The translations under genes and the position numbers were made by a program. 64,000 nt of DNA, taken from the human T2T-CHM13v2.0 reference genome, Homo sapiens. A model generated the notes under the pieces. The model was not told the origin of the DNA. It saw nothing but the letters and a program-made list of their open reading frames with translations, and searched no databases. This document shows, one piece after another, positions 1 through 13,500 of the stretch (its first letter is position 1; each line of letters begins with the position of its first letter). The stretch lies in NCBI RefSeq assembly GCF_009914755.1, contig NC_060930.1; one strand, written 5' to 3'.

Positions 1-159
1 GACTTTATCAAGGACAGCACTAGGAACACATAGGCCACTCAAGACTAATAGAGCCCACTGCTGTAGTCAAAGATGCTTCAGTGGGTTATAATTCTGACTT
101 CTATAATTAAATACTTTCACATATACCCCAGCAAAGAAAAATCAAGTGCCCCAGACACC

Positions 160-900
160 CTTACTAAAAGACTCTGAACCAACAACACCTAGCTTTCATT
201 TTTATACCAGAGATATTTTGGCAAGCCTGAGACCTTTATCAAAGTGTAAAATGTCCCCCAGCTGCCTCCATGCAAAGGAAGCTCCCTTGCAAAGAACACA
301 CTTTCTCGAAAGAGGGCGGCCCCAGAGTGCTTCCCCAAATGAACTCCTCAGGACCCAAATACATGCTGAATTGTGCTTTTCTAAATCAAACCTGTGGTCT
401 GCAGTCTAAACACCTATCAAGACAACACCCATTTAAGAAACATAAAAGCAGAGTGAGTACACAACTCTCTCCTCTTTCAAAGCTTTCACAGAATTAAAGA
501 ATCTTTAGCACCTGGCTTCCCAGATTACAGAGAGCTGAGTGAATATTACATCCCCAAAGTCATATTTCCTACCTCACTACTCTAAGGAGATTGCTAGGGT
601 ATCCATTGCTTTGCCATCTTGATCTGTCAAGCAGTTACCTCTCATACATCAGCCAAGAAGTGACGTTACTTACATGCAATACAAAGAGAGTAAATCCAAG
701 AGCAGTCTTATTCCTGGATTCAGAAGCCTCATAGTACTCTGAGGCCAAGCTTGAGGATTCTACTTAAAGCAGCCTCAGCTCTGGAAACTCAGTCAACCCA
801 GAACTAACATTCAAAGCTGATCAGAGAGTAAAGCTCTTTCGAAAGAAGAGGAAGTATCATCTCCACTTCCTCAATCCTATCGTTCTTCCTTCTCATTGTT
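160..900 (-). promoter_or_regulatory. IPCEF1: Probable IPCEF1 first non-coding exon / promoter region
   Basis: Inferred from recalled gene order (IPCEF1 starts ~50 kb beyond the CNKSR3 stop, same strand); repeat-free; GGGCGG ~314, TGTGGT ~393, paired GAGGAAGT sites 848-872; candidate donor TTA|gtaagg at 165/164; exact exon borders not determinable. Confidence 0.4.
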
Positions 901-1454
901 ATGAAACCCTTCCTTGATGCCCATATCCAGGACACAGTACATGTAAGGCAAGCACACCCCATCTGCCTGAGTTCATTGATCACTAAGCACTGCCCAGTGT
1001 ATTCATTTGCCGAGCACATTGGTGGAACAGTTCATGGTTCTGCTTTCCTGTTTTGGAGGCAAGGATGTTCATTTACAGGCATGGAGGGTGAGATGATCTG
1101 CAGAGTCATTCTCAGCATTTTTGGGTGAAATGCCACTTCAACCTCTTTAGGTTCAATCTTCTTTCAGATTTCCCTCTTTCCTCCTTTCCTAATCGTTCAT
1201 AATGCTCTAATAAACAGAGGGTACAGACACATTTGTAAAACGTATTTTAGGATAAAAATAAGTCTTAGCCTGCCATCTTTTGCAGTAGACATAGAAGAGT
1301 CTCTAACCACAAAACTTTTCTTTCCCACATTGGAAAAGGAAAATGGCAGGCTGAAAGTCAGAGATATTCCATCTCATTACAAATTCCTGCCCTCCCAATC
1401 TCCCTTTCAACACCAGCTTCTTGTTTCTCTATACCTTCTAGGGAAATGAATACA

Positions 1455-1620
1455 GCTGGGCGTGGTGGCAGATGCCTGTAATCCCAACCACTCAGGAGGC
1501 TGAGGCAGGAGAATTGCTTGAACCTGGGAGGCAGAGGTTGCAGTGAGCCGAGATCGCACCACTGAACTCCAGACTAGGAGACAGAGCAAGACTCCAACTC
1601 AAAATAAATAAATAAATAAA
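1455..1620 (+). mobile_element. Alu right-arm fragment with (TAAA)n tail
   Basis: Alu consensus match. Confidence 0.9.
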
Positions 1621-1820
1621 TATGTATGTGTATATATATATATATATAAAATATATATATATATTATATATATAATATATATAAAATATATATATATTAT
1701 ATATATAATATATATATAATATATATATAAAATATATATATAATATATATATAAAATATATATATTATATATATATAGAATATATATATATATATATATA
1801 TAGAATATATAGAATATATA
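1621..1820. repeat. Complex (TA)n microsatellite
   Basis: Direct. Confidence 0.95.
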
Positions 1821-1821
1821 G

Positions 1822-2138
1822 AAACCTAATCCCCAATGTGATTGTATTTAGAGGTGGACCTTTGGGGAGTGATTAGGTCATGAGGACAGTGCCCTCATGA
1901 ATGGTATTAATTTTCTTATTAAAGAGAACCTGGAGATCTGCCCACCCCTCCACCATATGAGGACATGGCCAGAAGACAGTCACCTAGGAACGAGGAAGCA
2001 GGTCCTCACCAGACAATGAATCTGCTGGCGCCTTGATCTTGGATGTCCAGCCTCCAGAACTGTGAGAAATAAATGTCTTTTGTTTGTAAGCCACCCAGGC
2101 TACGGTGTTTTGATATAACAGCCTGAATGACTAAGACA
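1822..2138 (+). mobile_element. MaLR LTR, MLT1A/A0-like, 5' end missing
   Basis: ttgatcttggatgtccagcctccagaactgtgagaaataaa...ctaagaca end. Confidence 0.85.
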
Positions 2139-2616
2139 AAGATAAAATGTAAACTAAATCTGTGGAGGAGTGAAAAAATGAAAGAAGATGCTGTACATTT
2201 TGAGCAGGAACAAAATGAAGGTTCTCTCAGCGGCTTCTTGTTTGTGTACACTTCTATTTCTGGAAGTGCTGCCTCATCTTCTCCCTATATTGAGTTGTCT
2301 TCTAGTTCCCTGCTTTACGTAGAAAAAAAAATGGTACTAGGTGATATTAAAGGAATTTAGTGGTATCAACAGCATGGCCTGGCTTCTCACCAGACATTTA
2401 GATGCCATCATCAAAGATATCCTCAAAAGACATGTTATTTACCTTTATGGGGCCAGAATAGAGCCACTTAAATTCTTTGAGCAAAGATGATTTGTAGAAT
2501 TAGAATAATCCTCAAAACGGCCGGACTGTCAGTTCAAGATGACGGGCTGACCACAGATTTGCTCCCTCCCTCCCCAAAGACTCCGTTAAAATGAGAAAAG
2601 TATAAAAAGTTTATAG

Positions 2617-3049
<433 letters not shown>

Positions 3050-3431
3050 TTAGGAGAACACGGCGTTGGAGGAAATTGCCCGTGTGCGGTGCTGAATCCC
3101 TGAGAGGACCGGAACTCAAGCCAAAAGAAGCTAAGAGAGCTAAATGAGTGATAGGGTGACAGGACTGAAAACAGGAAGAGTAATTCAAAGTCTGTAAGAA
3201 CTCAGCCCCTCCCATACCCCTCTTTCAAATCTCTCTGTCCGCCCAGCCTCTGCACAGCAAACACACACAATTCCAACCCCGGGCAGCATACCGAGGATTC
3301 GTCTCTACACATAGTGAAATCATGCAGAGAATACAGGCATTGTATGTGGATATGAGCACTCCACAGTCAGAACTCCACATTCTGGCAATAAGAGCCTCAT
3401 CTAGCATGTGCTGGATGATGGATGATGTGCT

Positions 3432-3737
3432 TTTTTTTTTTTTTTTTTTTTGAGACAGAGTCTTGCTCTGTCACCCAGGCTGGAGTGCAGTGGCATTAAT
3501 TATCTCGGCTCACTGCAACCTCCGCCTCCAGGGTTCAAGTGATTCTCCTGCCTCAGCCTCCTGAGTAGCCAGGATTACAGATATGTGCCACCACACCCAG
3601 CTATGTTTTGTATTTTTAGTAGAGACAGTGTTTCACCATGCCGGCCAGACTGGTCTCAAACTCCTGACCTCAGGTGATCTGTGCACCTTGGCCTCCCAAA
3701 GTGATGGGATTACAGGCATGAGTCACCACGCCTGGCC
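3432..3737 (-). mobile_element. AluS
   Basis: Full dimer. Confidence 0.95.
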
Positions 3738-4238
3738 TAGATATGCTTCTAATCAGTATCCTTAGAGACAGTCCTGAAGATATTGTATCCATTAAAAAGA
3801 ACAGGATGCTAAGAAAGATAGATAATCTGAAAACAAGAAAGACCCCTTGGATATTGCAAATATAATTGTTAAATAAAGATTTTGATAGGTTGGGTGATAA
3901 ATTCAAGTGAAATTTTCAGGAAATATTATTTGATGACATAGTCAAAGAAATAACATAAAGGATCCCCCTGAAGTCCAAGAATATTTAGATTAAAAAGTCT
4001 CATCGAGTGCCTAGGATGAAGAATTTCAAGTCACTGCAAAATTTCCAAACTCCGGAAATAAAGAGAAAATCTTAAAATCTCCCAAACACAGAAAATAAGT
4101 CACTTTCACAGAAACAAGGAATCAAAGGGCTCCAGATTTCACAGAAGTAGCATTAAGGGTTAGAAGGTCAGCGAGCACAGCCTTCAAAGTTCTGAAGGAT
4201 TTATATTTCACTCTAGAATTTTGTGTTCATTCATCCAG

Positions 4239-4629
4239 TGTATTAGTCCATTTTCATACTGCCATAAAGAACTGCCAGAGACTGGGTAATTTCTAAAGGA
4301 AAGAGGTTTAATTGACTCTTATAAATTAAAGAGGTTTAATTCAGCATGGCTAGGGAGGCCTCAGGAAACTTACAATCACAGTGGAAGGTGAAGGGAAGCA
4401 AGGCGCCTTCTTCACAAGGTGGCAGGAAAGAGAAGTGCTGAGTAATGGGGTAAGAGCCCCTTATAAAACCATCAGATCTCATGAGAACTCACTCTCACAA
4501 GAACAGCATGGGGGAAACCACCCCCATGATTCAATTTCCTCTACCTGGTGTCTCCCTTGACACATGGAGATTATGGGGATTACAATTCAAGGCGAGGTTT
4601 GGGTGGGGACACAAAGCCTAGCCATAGCA
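4239..4629 (-). mobile_element. THE1 (C/D-like) solo LTR
   Basis: tgtattagtcc...gccatagca; TSD tccag/ttcag. Confidence 0.9.
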
Positions 4630-5150
4630 TTCAGCAAATATTTTTGAGCACTGTGTCTAGGCAGTGAGGACGCAGCAGTGAACCAAATAAAGTCCTGCCC
4701 TCAGGGAACTTCTTTTCTCATGCTCAGATCAGGATGGTGTACTCTCTACACAAACAAAGAAAGTAAAATATAATGTGTTAGGTAGAAGTAAGTGCTAAGG
4801 AGGAAAAATAAATCAGCAGAGGAAATATATAGAGTCTAAGGAGAGGCTAAAAATTAGATGGGGAGGCCAGCAAAGGACTCACAAAGGTGACCTCTGAGTG
4901 ACAGCCTGGAGGAAGTGAAGGCGTGAGCTGTGTAGACAGCTAAGGGAAGAGAAATCCGCAGACAGAGCCCCAAATGCAAACATCCTGCCACCCCCAGAGC
5001 CTTTTGGTGCCGCAGGAACAGCATGGGGGCAGGTGTGGCTGGAACAGAGCAGAGCGGGTCAGAGATGGAGAGGGGAGCCGGGGAACCCATGATTATGGTT
5101 AGGTCCTATGGGGATCGTTGTGAGAACTTGGGTTTTTGACTCTGACCAAC
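4630..5150 (-). mobile_element. L2 fragment
   Basis: ttcagcaaatatttttgagcac...tcctgccctcagggaactt hallmark. Confidence 0.7.
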
Positions 5151-5155
5151 TAAAC

Positions 5156-5479
5156 CAGGAGCTGACAAACTATTTCTGGAACAGGCCAGATAGTAAATAT
5201 TTTAGATTTCGTGGGCCAATCTCTGTTCAATTACTCAACCCTGCCATTGTGGTATCAAAGCAGCCATAGATAACATGTAAAAGAGCAGCTGTGCTCTAAT
5301 AAAACTTTATCTAGGGCCACTAACATTTGAACTGCCTATAATTTTCACGCATCACAAAATCTTCTTCTTTTGATTTTTTTAAGCACCTAAAAATGTAAAA
5401 AACTGTCATAACTTACCAGCTGTGCAAAAATAGGCAGCAAGCCAAAAGCGGCCCGTGGAAAGTAGGTTGCTGATCCCTG
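5156..5479. mobile_element. MER58B-like hAT-Charlie MITE
   Basis: cagg...cctg termini; ggccagatagtaaatatttt core; degraded 8-bp TSD aactaaac/aatgaaac. Confidence 0.85.
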
Positions 5480-5572
5480 AATGAAACCATCAATTAGGTG
5501 TGAAGGTAGAACATGCCCGTTTTCAGATATATCAGAGCTGACTCAGAAGGCTGACTGCCCACAAATCCTTTC

Positions 5573-5880
5573 TTTTTTTTTTTTTAATTTTTATTTTTTG
5601 AGACAGAGTCTTGCTCTGTTGCCCAGGCTGGAGTGCAGTGGCATGATCTCACCTCACTGCAACCTTTGCCCCCCAGGTTCAGCGATTCTCCTGCCTCAGC
5701 CTCCCAAGTAGCTGAGATTACAGGCGCCTGCCATCACGCCTGGCTAATTTTTGTATTTTTAGTAGAGACAGGGTATTACCATGTTAGCCAGGCTGGTCTT
5801 GCACTCCCAACCTTTAGTGATCCCCCCATCTCGGCCTCCCAAAGTGCTGGGATTACAGGCATGAGCCACTGCACCCAGCC
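5573..5880 (-). mobile_element. AluS
   Basis: Full dimer. Confidence 0.95.
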
Positions 5881-6375
5881 TCCACATACCTTCTTAGGAA
5901 GTTACTTGATGATGGACCCCAGCAAAATAAGGGAGTAAACTAAAAAATGGAAGTGGTGGAATCCGGGAAACAGAAGACTCAACCTGGGAGCGTTGCAAAG
6001 GGAAATCCTTGGATGGGAATCAGGCAGCTGAACCACACAGCAAACATCAGCATGGAGCTCGGTAAGAGAGGAAAAGTTTCCAAAAGCAAAGTATTCAGGG
6101 GAAAATGGAATCACAGAGCGTGATACCACCCCTGAAATTATGGAGTAACCAATATGGGCAGCGCAGCCAAAGAAAGAAAAATAGAAAAACAATTAGAAAA
6201 CATCAAGAAATAACAATAAAAGCAGTAAAGGAACAGAATGGAATTACTCTATACTGTTTGGCTTGTGAAGTTAAGGATAATTTTTACAGGCATAATAATG
6301 CAATACTCACAACTGATTTTCAATTTTGAGGATCAAGATCTGGAGAAAACATGTAAAACAAGAAGATACTGTAAG

Positions 6376-6520
6376 TGGCAGAGTGTGGTGGCTCGCACCC
6401 GTAATCCCATCTTTGGGAGGCTGAGGCAAGAGGACTGCTTTAGCCCAGGAGTTCAAGCCAAGAATGGGCAACAAAGGGAGACACTGTCTCTGTGTATATT
6501 TTAAAGAAAAAAAAAGAGAA
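6376..6520 (+). mobile_element. FLAM monomer
   Basis: Single left-arm-like Alu. Confidence 0.85.
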
Positions 6521-6559
6521 AAGATTAAGACAATATAAATGTTAAAGTATGCTGGACTC

Positions 6560-6795
6560 TGATGGCAGCCACTAGCTACTAAAAATTAAGCTTTAGCTAA
6601 TTAGAATAAAGTAAAATAAAAATTAAGTAAAAAAAATTAAGTAAAATAAAAATTAAGTAAAAAAAAATTCGGTTCCTTGGTTGCACCAGCCACAGTTCGA
6701 GTGCTCAGTAGCCACTGGTGTCCAGAAGCTCCCATCTTGCACAGCACAGACATGGAGCATTTCTCTTCATCTGGAAAGTTTCTTTGGAGAGCCCT
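6560..6795. mobile_element. MER3/MER33-like hAT MITE with internal aaaattaagtaaaa tandem expansion
   Basis: gcaccagccacagttcgagtgctcagtagccac core. Confidence 0.7.
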
Positions 6796-7226
6796 GGGGG
6801 ACATGAGAGGTGGAAAGAGAGGTTTGAGAGCCAACTTACAATTTGAGGATTGATTGAGATTCTCCACAAACAAGAAACAAGTGGGACCATATTATTTTAA
6901 AAGTTACCCAAGTAACTGACGAGCACTAACCAGGGAGTTAATTATAACACACAAGATCTGTGTGATCAGCTTGGAGTGGAGACAGCTGCAGCAGGAGAAG
7001 GTGGCTTTCCTCTTAGTTCCCCCTCCCTGGAGACCCCCGGGATCTCCAATTGTCCCTGTTTAGCAAAAGTTGGTCCACCCTTCAAGGTTTAGCCCTGATG
7101 TTAGGATGTTACTTCCTCAGTGAAGTGTTCCCCATCCCTCAGATTTAGCCCCTCCCTCCTTGTTCTCCCAGCATCCCGTGCATGTCTCCAGTGCACATTG
7201 TCCTGTGTTATTATAATGATGGTGAA

Positions 7227-7389
7227 TCAGGGCATGCGACATGCATTCTCAAGGTCCCGGTCCTTAGAAGGGCCCTGTGCTTAGTTTAATGCTCTGCAGT
7301 CACTCTTTTGAAATGTTGAATAATTTATGAATAAGAGGTCCCCTATTTTCATTTTGAACTGGATCCCACAAATTATGGAGCCATCCTGT
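7227..7389 (+). mobile_element. MER45A-like hAT-Tip100 MITE
   Basis: agaagggccctgtgcttagtttaatgctctgc...cccacaaattatggagccatcctg. Confidence 0.8.
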
Positions 7390-8268
7390 TTTTAAGTTTG
7401 CCTCTCTAGCTGGACTGTCAGCTCTCTGAGAGCAAGGATGCATCATTTTTGAGATTTGTATCCTCATGATCTAGTACAGGGCCCTCACTAAAATGACCAT
7501 CTTCCCTAACTGATACTTATCTGTATTTTTCTTGTGAGGGCTGTAATTTTATACTCCAAGATCCAAGGACATAATCCATCTCTCAGAAAAGCTATGGTTT
7601 GTAGGCTATTGGGAGCCTCTCTCACACCGTCCCTAAACCATCTCTGACTTTCTCTGATGCCTGAAATGCCATAATTACAGTTTTAGTCTTGCTTTTTTAA
7701 GGCATTTCCTTCTGTTGCACCGCCAGTCTCTCTGGGAGAGGTGGCCTTTAAGCTTCACTATTGAACTTTAACGAATATGAATTTGTCAGATCCCTTTAGT
7801 TTAGACAGAAACATCCCCATCCCCAAAGCAGACGAATCATTTTAAGTTCACACTTTGAACACATAACACACAGCTGTTACTGATTTGGGATGACGGTGGT
7901 AAGACATGTAGACAAATAACTCAAACAGCTTTCTGAGCCTCAGCCACTATAAATCAGCAAAGTGAAAATTTTAATGTTATACATGAAAATATATCAGTAT
8001 TCAAGATTTTCTTGAAAAATTTATAGTCTCCAACACATGTAATATCATCTCAAATTTATGTCTGAAACATTTTCTCATCTTTCCCACTAATCAGGTATAA
8101 AAACCCTGCCCTGCTTTATTTACTCTTGGATGTATCTATGGAACATGTGCTAAAATCTGGGGGCTTTGCATCTAGGAAAGGAGGAGAGTGTAGACAACCA
8201 AGCAGACTAGGAGGGGCAGTGTGTGACAAACGCTGTGTGCCTGATGCTGCGTAGAAGGATCCTGAGAG

Positions 8269-8524
8269 AGGCCGAGGCGGGTGGATCACGAGGTCAGGAG
8301 TTCAAGACCAGCCTGGCCAAGATGGTGAAACCCCATCTCTACTAAAAATACAAAAATTAGCCAGGCGTGTTGGCAGGCACCTGTAATCCCAGCTACTCGG
8401 GAGGCTGAGGCAGAGAATTGCTTGAACCTGGGAGGCGGAGGTTGCAGTGAGCCGAGATCGCGCCACTGTTCTCCAGCCTGGGCAAAAGAACGAGACTCTA
8501 TCTCAAAAAAAAAAAAAAGAAAAA
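8269..8524 (+). mobile_element. AluSg-like, 5' truncated
   Basis: Consensus match. Confidence 0.95.
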
Positions 8525-8943
8525 GAAGGACCCTGAGAGGTCGGGGATGGAAGAAGAGAATCTGGCAGGCTGTCCTTCATGGAGGACACAGCATAGACCC
8601 TGATCTTGAAGCACAGACGAGATACTGACAGGGGGAGAAGGAGCAGGAGATGACAACCGCTAACCTGAATAGAGGCTCAGATCAGCTGGTTGACGATCAG
8701 CTCAGTGGTTCTTGCTGAGCTGGCACAGCCTCCTAATGGGCATTTTAGAGATTTTGGTGGGATTTTGTTTGTCACAGAGATTGAGAGTTGTTCCTGGCAT
8801 TTGCAGGGGGTAGGATGGGTGGGTGGTGATGGTGGTAGTGGTGAAGGGCGTTTGATTCCCCTCAAAACAAAGGGCAGTCCTTCATAACAAAGAATTATCC
8901 TATGTCCCACATAACTTCTAACATCCGGCCAGATACCTGTATT

Positions 8944-9439
8944 CAGTTGGCCCTTGAACAACATGGCGGTTAGAAGCACTGATCCCCTGAGTAGTTGAAA
9001 ATCCACATGTAACTTTTGACTCCCCAAAAACTTAACTGCTAATAGCCTACTGTTTACCAGAAGCCTTATAGATAATGTGAACAGTCAATTAACACATATT
9101 CTGTATGTTTCATGTATAATACACTGTATTCTTGCAATAAAGTAAACTAGAGAAAAGAAAATGTCATTAAGAAAATCAAAAGAAAGAGAAAATGTATTTA
9201 CTATCCATTACATGGAAATGGATTATCATAACAGTCTTCATCTTCATCATCTTCTCATTGAATAAGCTGAAAAGGAAGAGGAGTTGGTCTTGCTGTCTCA
9301 GGGTGGCAGAGGTGGAAGTGCTGAGAAAATGAAAGGGAGACAGGAGAGGAAGGCACACTCAGTGTAACTTTCACAGAAAAAAAATCTGCCTCTAACGGGA
9401 GCCATACAGTTCAAACCCATATGATTCAAGGGTCAGGCG
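8944..9439. mobile_element. Tigger2-family non-autonomous DNA transposon
   Basis: TIR cagttggcccttgaacaac / ttcaagggtcaggcg; aacttttgactccccaaaaactta core. Confidence 0.85.
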
Positions 9440-9716
9440 TAATATGAATAGTATGGAAGGTTTAACTGACTCTAGAAACAAAGTCTTTTTGCATCGTTTT
9501 ACTATATATACATTGTTCCAGGAATGCTACTTTCATAGTTTAAAATGTATCTTGTAAATTTGTTTTGTTTGGCAATTTACAAAGAATTGTTGACCATTTC
9601 AGAAATCACATTAGCATGATAGCCCTGATTATAGTATGAGTCTTGTAACAATCTGCATGATAGTAGTTGTCACATTTGCTGTGATTTGACATGTACATAT
9701 GAATACGGTTAGTTAA

Positions 9717-10106
<390 letters not shown>

Positions 10107-10228
10107 TTAGCCTTAAATCAAAACTTATGCATTATAAATTAGAGTCTGACTATTTCATTTGTTTTCCTAGTGTGGTCATGCCTAAGCATTTATACATTAA
10201 AATACTGTAGATATTATTTTATTACTAA

Positions 10229-10613
<385 letters not shown>

Positions 10614-10614
10614 T

Positions 10615-10860
10615 AAGAGCTAATGGATATAGAATGCATATTATGTGCCAGACACATTCTAAAAGCTGTGCATATTGCTTACCTATCTTCTCAATAACTC
10701 TATGAGGCAGGTACTATTGTTACCCCCTTTTCAGAGATGAGAAAAGTAAGGCACAGAGAGGTCACTTGCCTGAGATCCTATGGGTAGTAAACGGCAGAGG
10801 CTGGATTCAAACCTGGCCAGGCCGGCTCCAGGCCTCGTGCTTTCAGCCAAATTACTATAT
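10615..10860 (-). mobile_element. MIR
   Basis: actctatgaggcaggtactatt...gatgagaaaagtaaggcacagagagg core. Confidence 0.8.
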
Positions 10861-12526
10861 CTCACTATATTGTTGTTGTTGTTGTTGTTTGGTTTGTATG
10901 TCGGCAGATTATATTATTTATGAATTTTATTTCAAAATAGTAAAGAGGGCGTTTCAAAATATATTTGATGATGGAAAGGGAAGCACTGAGAACCATTGGC
11001 TGAAAATTGACGCTAACATGAAGGAGCAGGAAGTGAGAATTAAAACGTAAGGGCAGCTGAGGGCTAGGCTGAGACTCACCCCAGTGTTCAGCTCAGGAGT
11101 ATGAAAGTGAGTTGCGTAGGATGCCAGCCTCCTTGAAGAAAAAGCATTCTGAACATCACGTATTTTGCTAACATTCTATCATTCCTCTATGCAGAAATAT
11201 TCTTTTTGTTAAAAGGAACAAGATTCTCAAAGGCAAGGACTTTCTTTTCTTTTAAACTTTAAACCTCCAGGTGCAAAGTATGTATGGCACGTTATGGCCA
11301 AGGAATGTTGTTTGAATTCGTTATATTTTCCAAAATTAAAGACTAGAGTACAAATTTTAGTCTTTCCTCCTCTGTGTTCCTCTATGTTTTGCCCCTCATA
11401 CACTTATTAGGAAAAACAACAGCTCCATTCTGATATCACTGGGTTATTGTATCAGCCTAATGTATCTCTATTCCCAAGAATGCCAAAGTTTAAAAGAGTC
11501 ACTTTCTGTTTCAGTAAATGAGATAGTAATTGGAGCAATTTTAGCATGGATTGTTGCATAACATTGACCTGTTGGCTAATAAATCCCAGAGAGTGTGCAA
11601 TACTGTTGGGTAAGATCCTTGTTTTACCATTTCTGAATCAAGCCTTACTCGGAGATGATCAGAAGACCACCCCCATGTCAGGATGCAATATCTGGACTGT
11701 TTTTACCTCCCTTGGTCTTGAGGATATCACTGAGCTAAGATTCTGCTGGTGATGTAAAGACCCAACCAACACCTATGAGCCCTGAGTCAGGCTGTAATTT
11801 GTTAGTGAAGCAGCCTTTTGGCCAGCAGGGATCTCATCTGTCACTCATACAGGCTTCTCCTAGTGTATCCCTTCTTACAACATGTAGTGCGGTTCTGCTA
11901 AGCACTCTCTCCCCAGCATCTACGTTTCCAGACAAGATTGTGCTTGTTGTAGACTGGCACTCCCAGGGAACCATCAAGTGAGCGTGCACATTGACAGGGC
12001 CTAAGAAGAGGATCAGCTTCCCTGCACCTTCTAGACCACAAATGCCACCAGCCAGGCACTTCAGGAACCTGCAAACATGAATCATCCTTTAGGCACGGTA
12101 AGAAGAGACTTGCACAAACTGGATGATCAAAGAATCGGAAACAGGTAAATGAAGTAGGTGCTGAAAATATTTTCAAGTACGTATCTGGAATGGCGTTTCC
12201 AGTATAGATGATTTGTCAGATTTTCAAGATGTTACTAGCAGCTAGGGTTAGTTTAACAGGAAGTCAAAGTGTTATAGATCAAAGATTCATCAAAAAGTAA
12301 AGAGGAATTATTCACAGCTCCTTCAATTTCTACAGTTCCAGCAATTTACTATATTGTAAATTGAGGTATTTCCATGATTATAATTCCACCTACACTGTAA
12401 ACTGCTAGAAGTGAGAGTCAGTATCTTGTTCATAAGGTATCTCACAATGCATAGCACATAGTAGGCACTTCATAAATATTATTGAAACGGTAAAGATGGA
12501 AGAAGTGAAAAAGATGTAAATGGATA

Positions 12527-13500
12527 TGTATTAATTTCCTATTGCTCTTCCAACAAATTACTGCAAACTTAGTGGCTTCAAACAGGCATCCCCAACCTCT
12601 GGGCCACGAACCGGTATTGGTCCCTGGCCTGTTAGAACAGGGTGTCACAGCAGGAGGCGAGCAGCGGGTGAGCCAGCGAAGTTTCATCTGTATTTACAGC
12701 CGCTTCCCATCGCTGGCATTACCACCTCAGCTCCACCTCCTGTCAGATCAGTGGTGGCATTTGATTCTCATAGGTTCAAGAACCCTATTGTGAACTGCGC
12801 ATGTGAGGGATCCAGGTTGCACGCTCCTTATGAGAATCTGATGCCTGATGATCTGTCGCTGTCTCCCATCACCCCCAGATGGGACTATCTAGTTGCACGA
12901 AAACAAGCTCGTGGCTCCCACTGATTCTACTTTATGGCAAGTTGTATAATTATCTCATTATATATTATAATGTAACAATAATAGAAATAAAGTGCACAAT
13001 AAATGTAATGAGACCGACCATCCCAAAACCATCTCCTCCACCCTCGTCTGTGGAAAAATAGTCTTCCACGAAATTAGTTGCTGATGCCAAAAAGGTTGGG
13101 AACCAATGGCTTAAAACATCACAGATTTATTATTTTACCATTCTGGAAGTCAAAGTCTAAAATGGGCTGGCAAGGCTGTGCTCCTGGAGGTAGCAGGAGA
13201 GAATCCATTTCCTTGTTTTTTCCAGTTTCTAGAAGCTACCCGCACGCATGCCATGGCCGATGGCACCGTATCACTCCGGTCTCTGCTTCCATTGCCTGTC
13301 ACATCTCCTCCTGTGACCCTGATGTTCCCACCTCCCTCTTACAGGGACCCTTGTGAGTACACTGGACCCACTGGGATAGGCCAGGATAATCTCTCCATCT
13401 GCAACATCCCTTTTGCCATGTAAAATAACATCGTCACAGGTTCTAGAATGTGGACATCTTCCCAGGGTGGTAGAGGGGGGCATTATTCGGCCTACAAGCA
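12527..13500 (-). mobile_element. MLT1D-like LTR split by MER1A
   Basis: tgtattaatttcctattgct...aaacttagtggctt|...|cagatttattattttaccattctgg. Confidence 0.8.
12583..13108 (+). mobile_element. MER1A hAT-Charlie element
   Basis: caggcatccccaacc...aaggttgggaaccaatg; TSD gcttcaaa/gcttaaaa. Confidence 0.9.
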
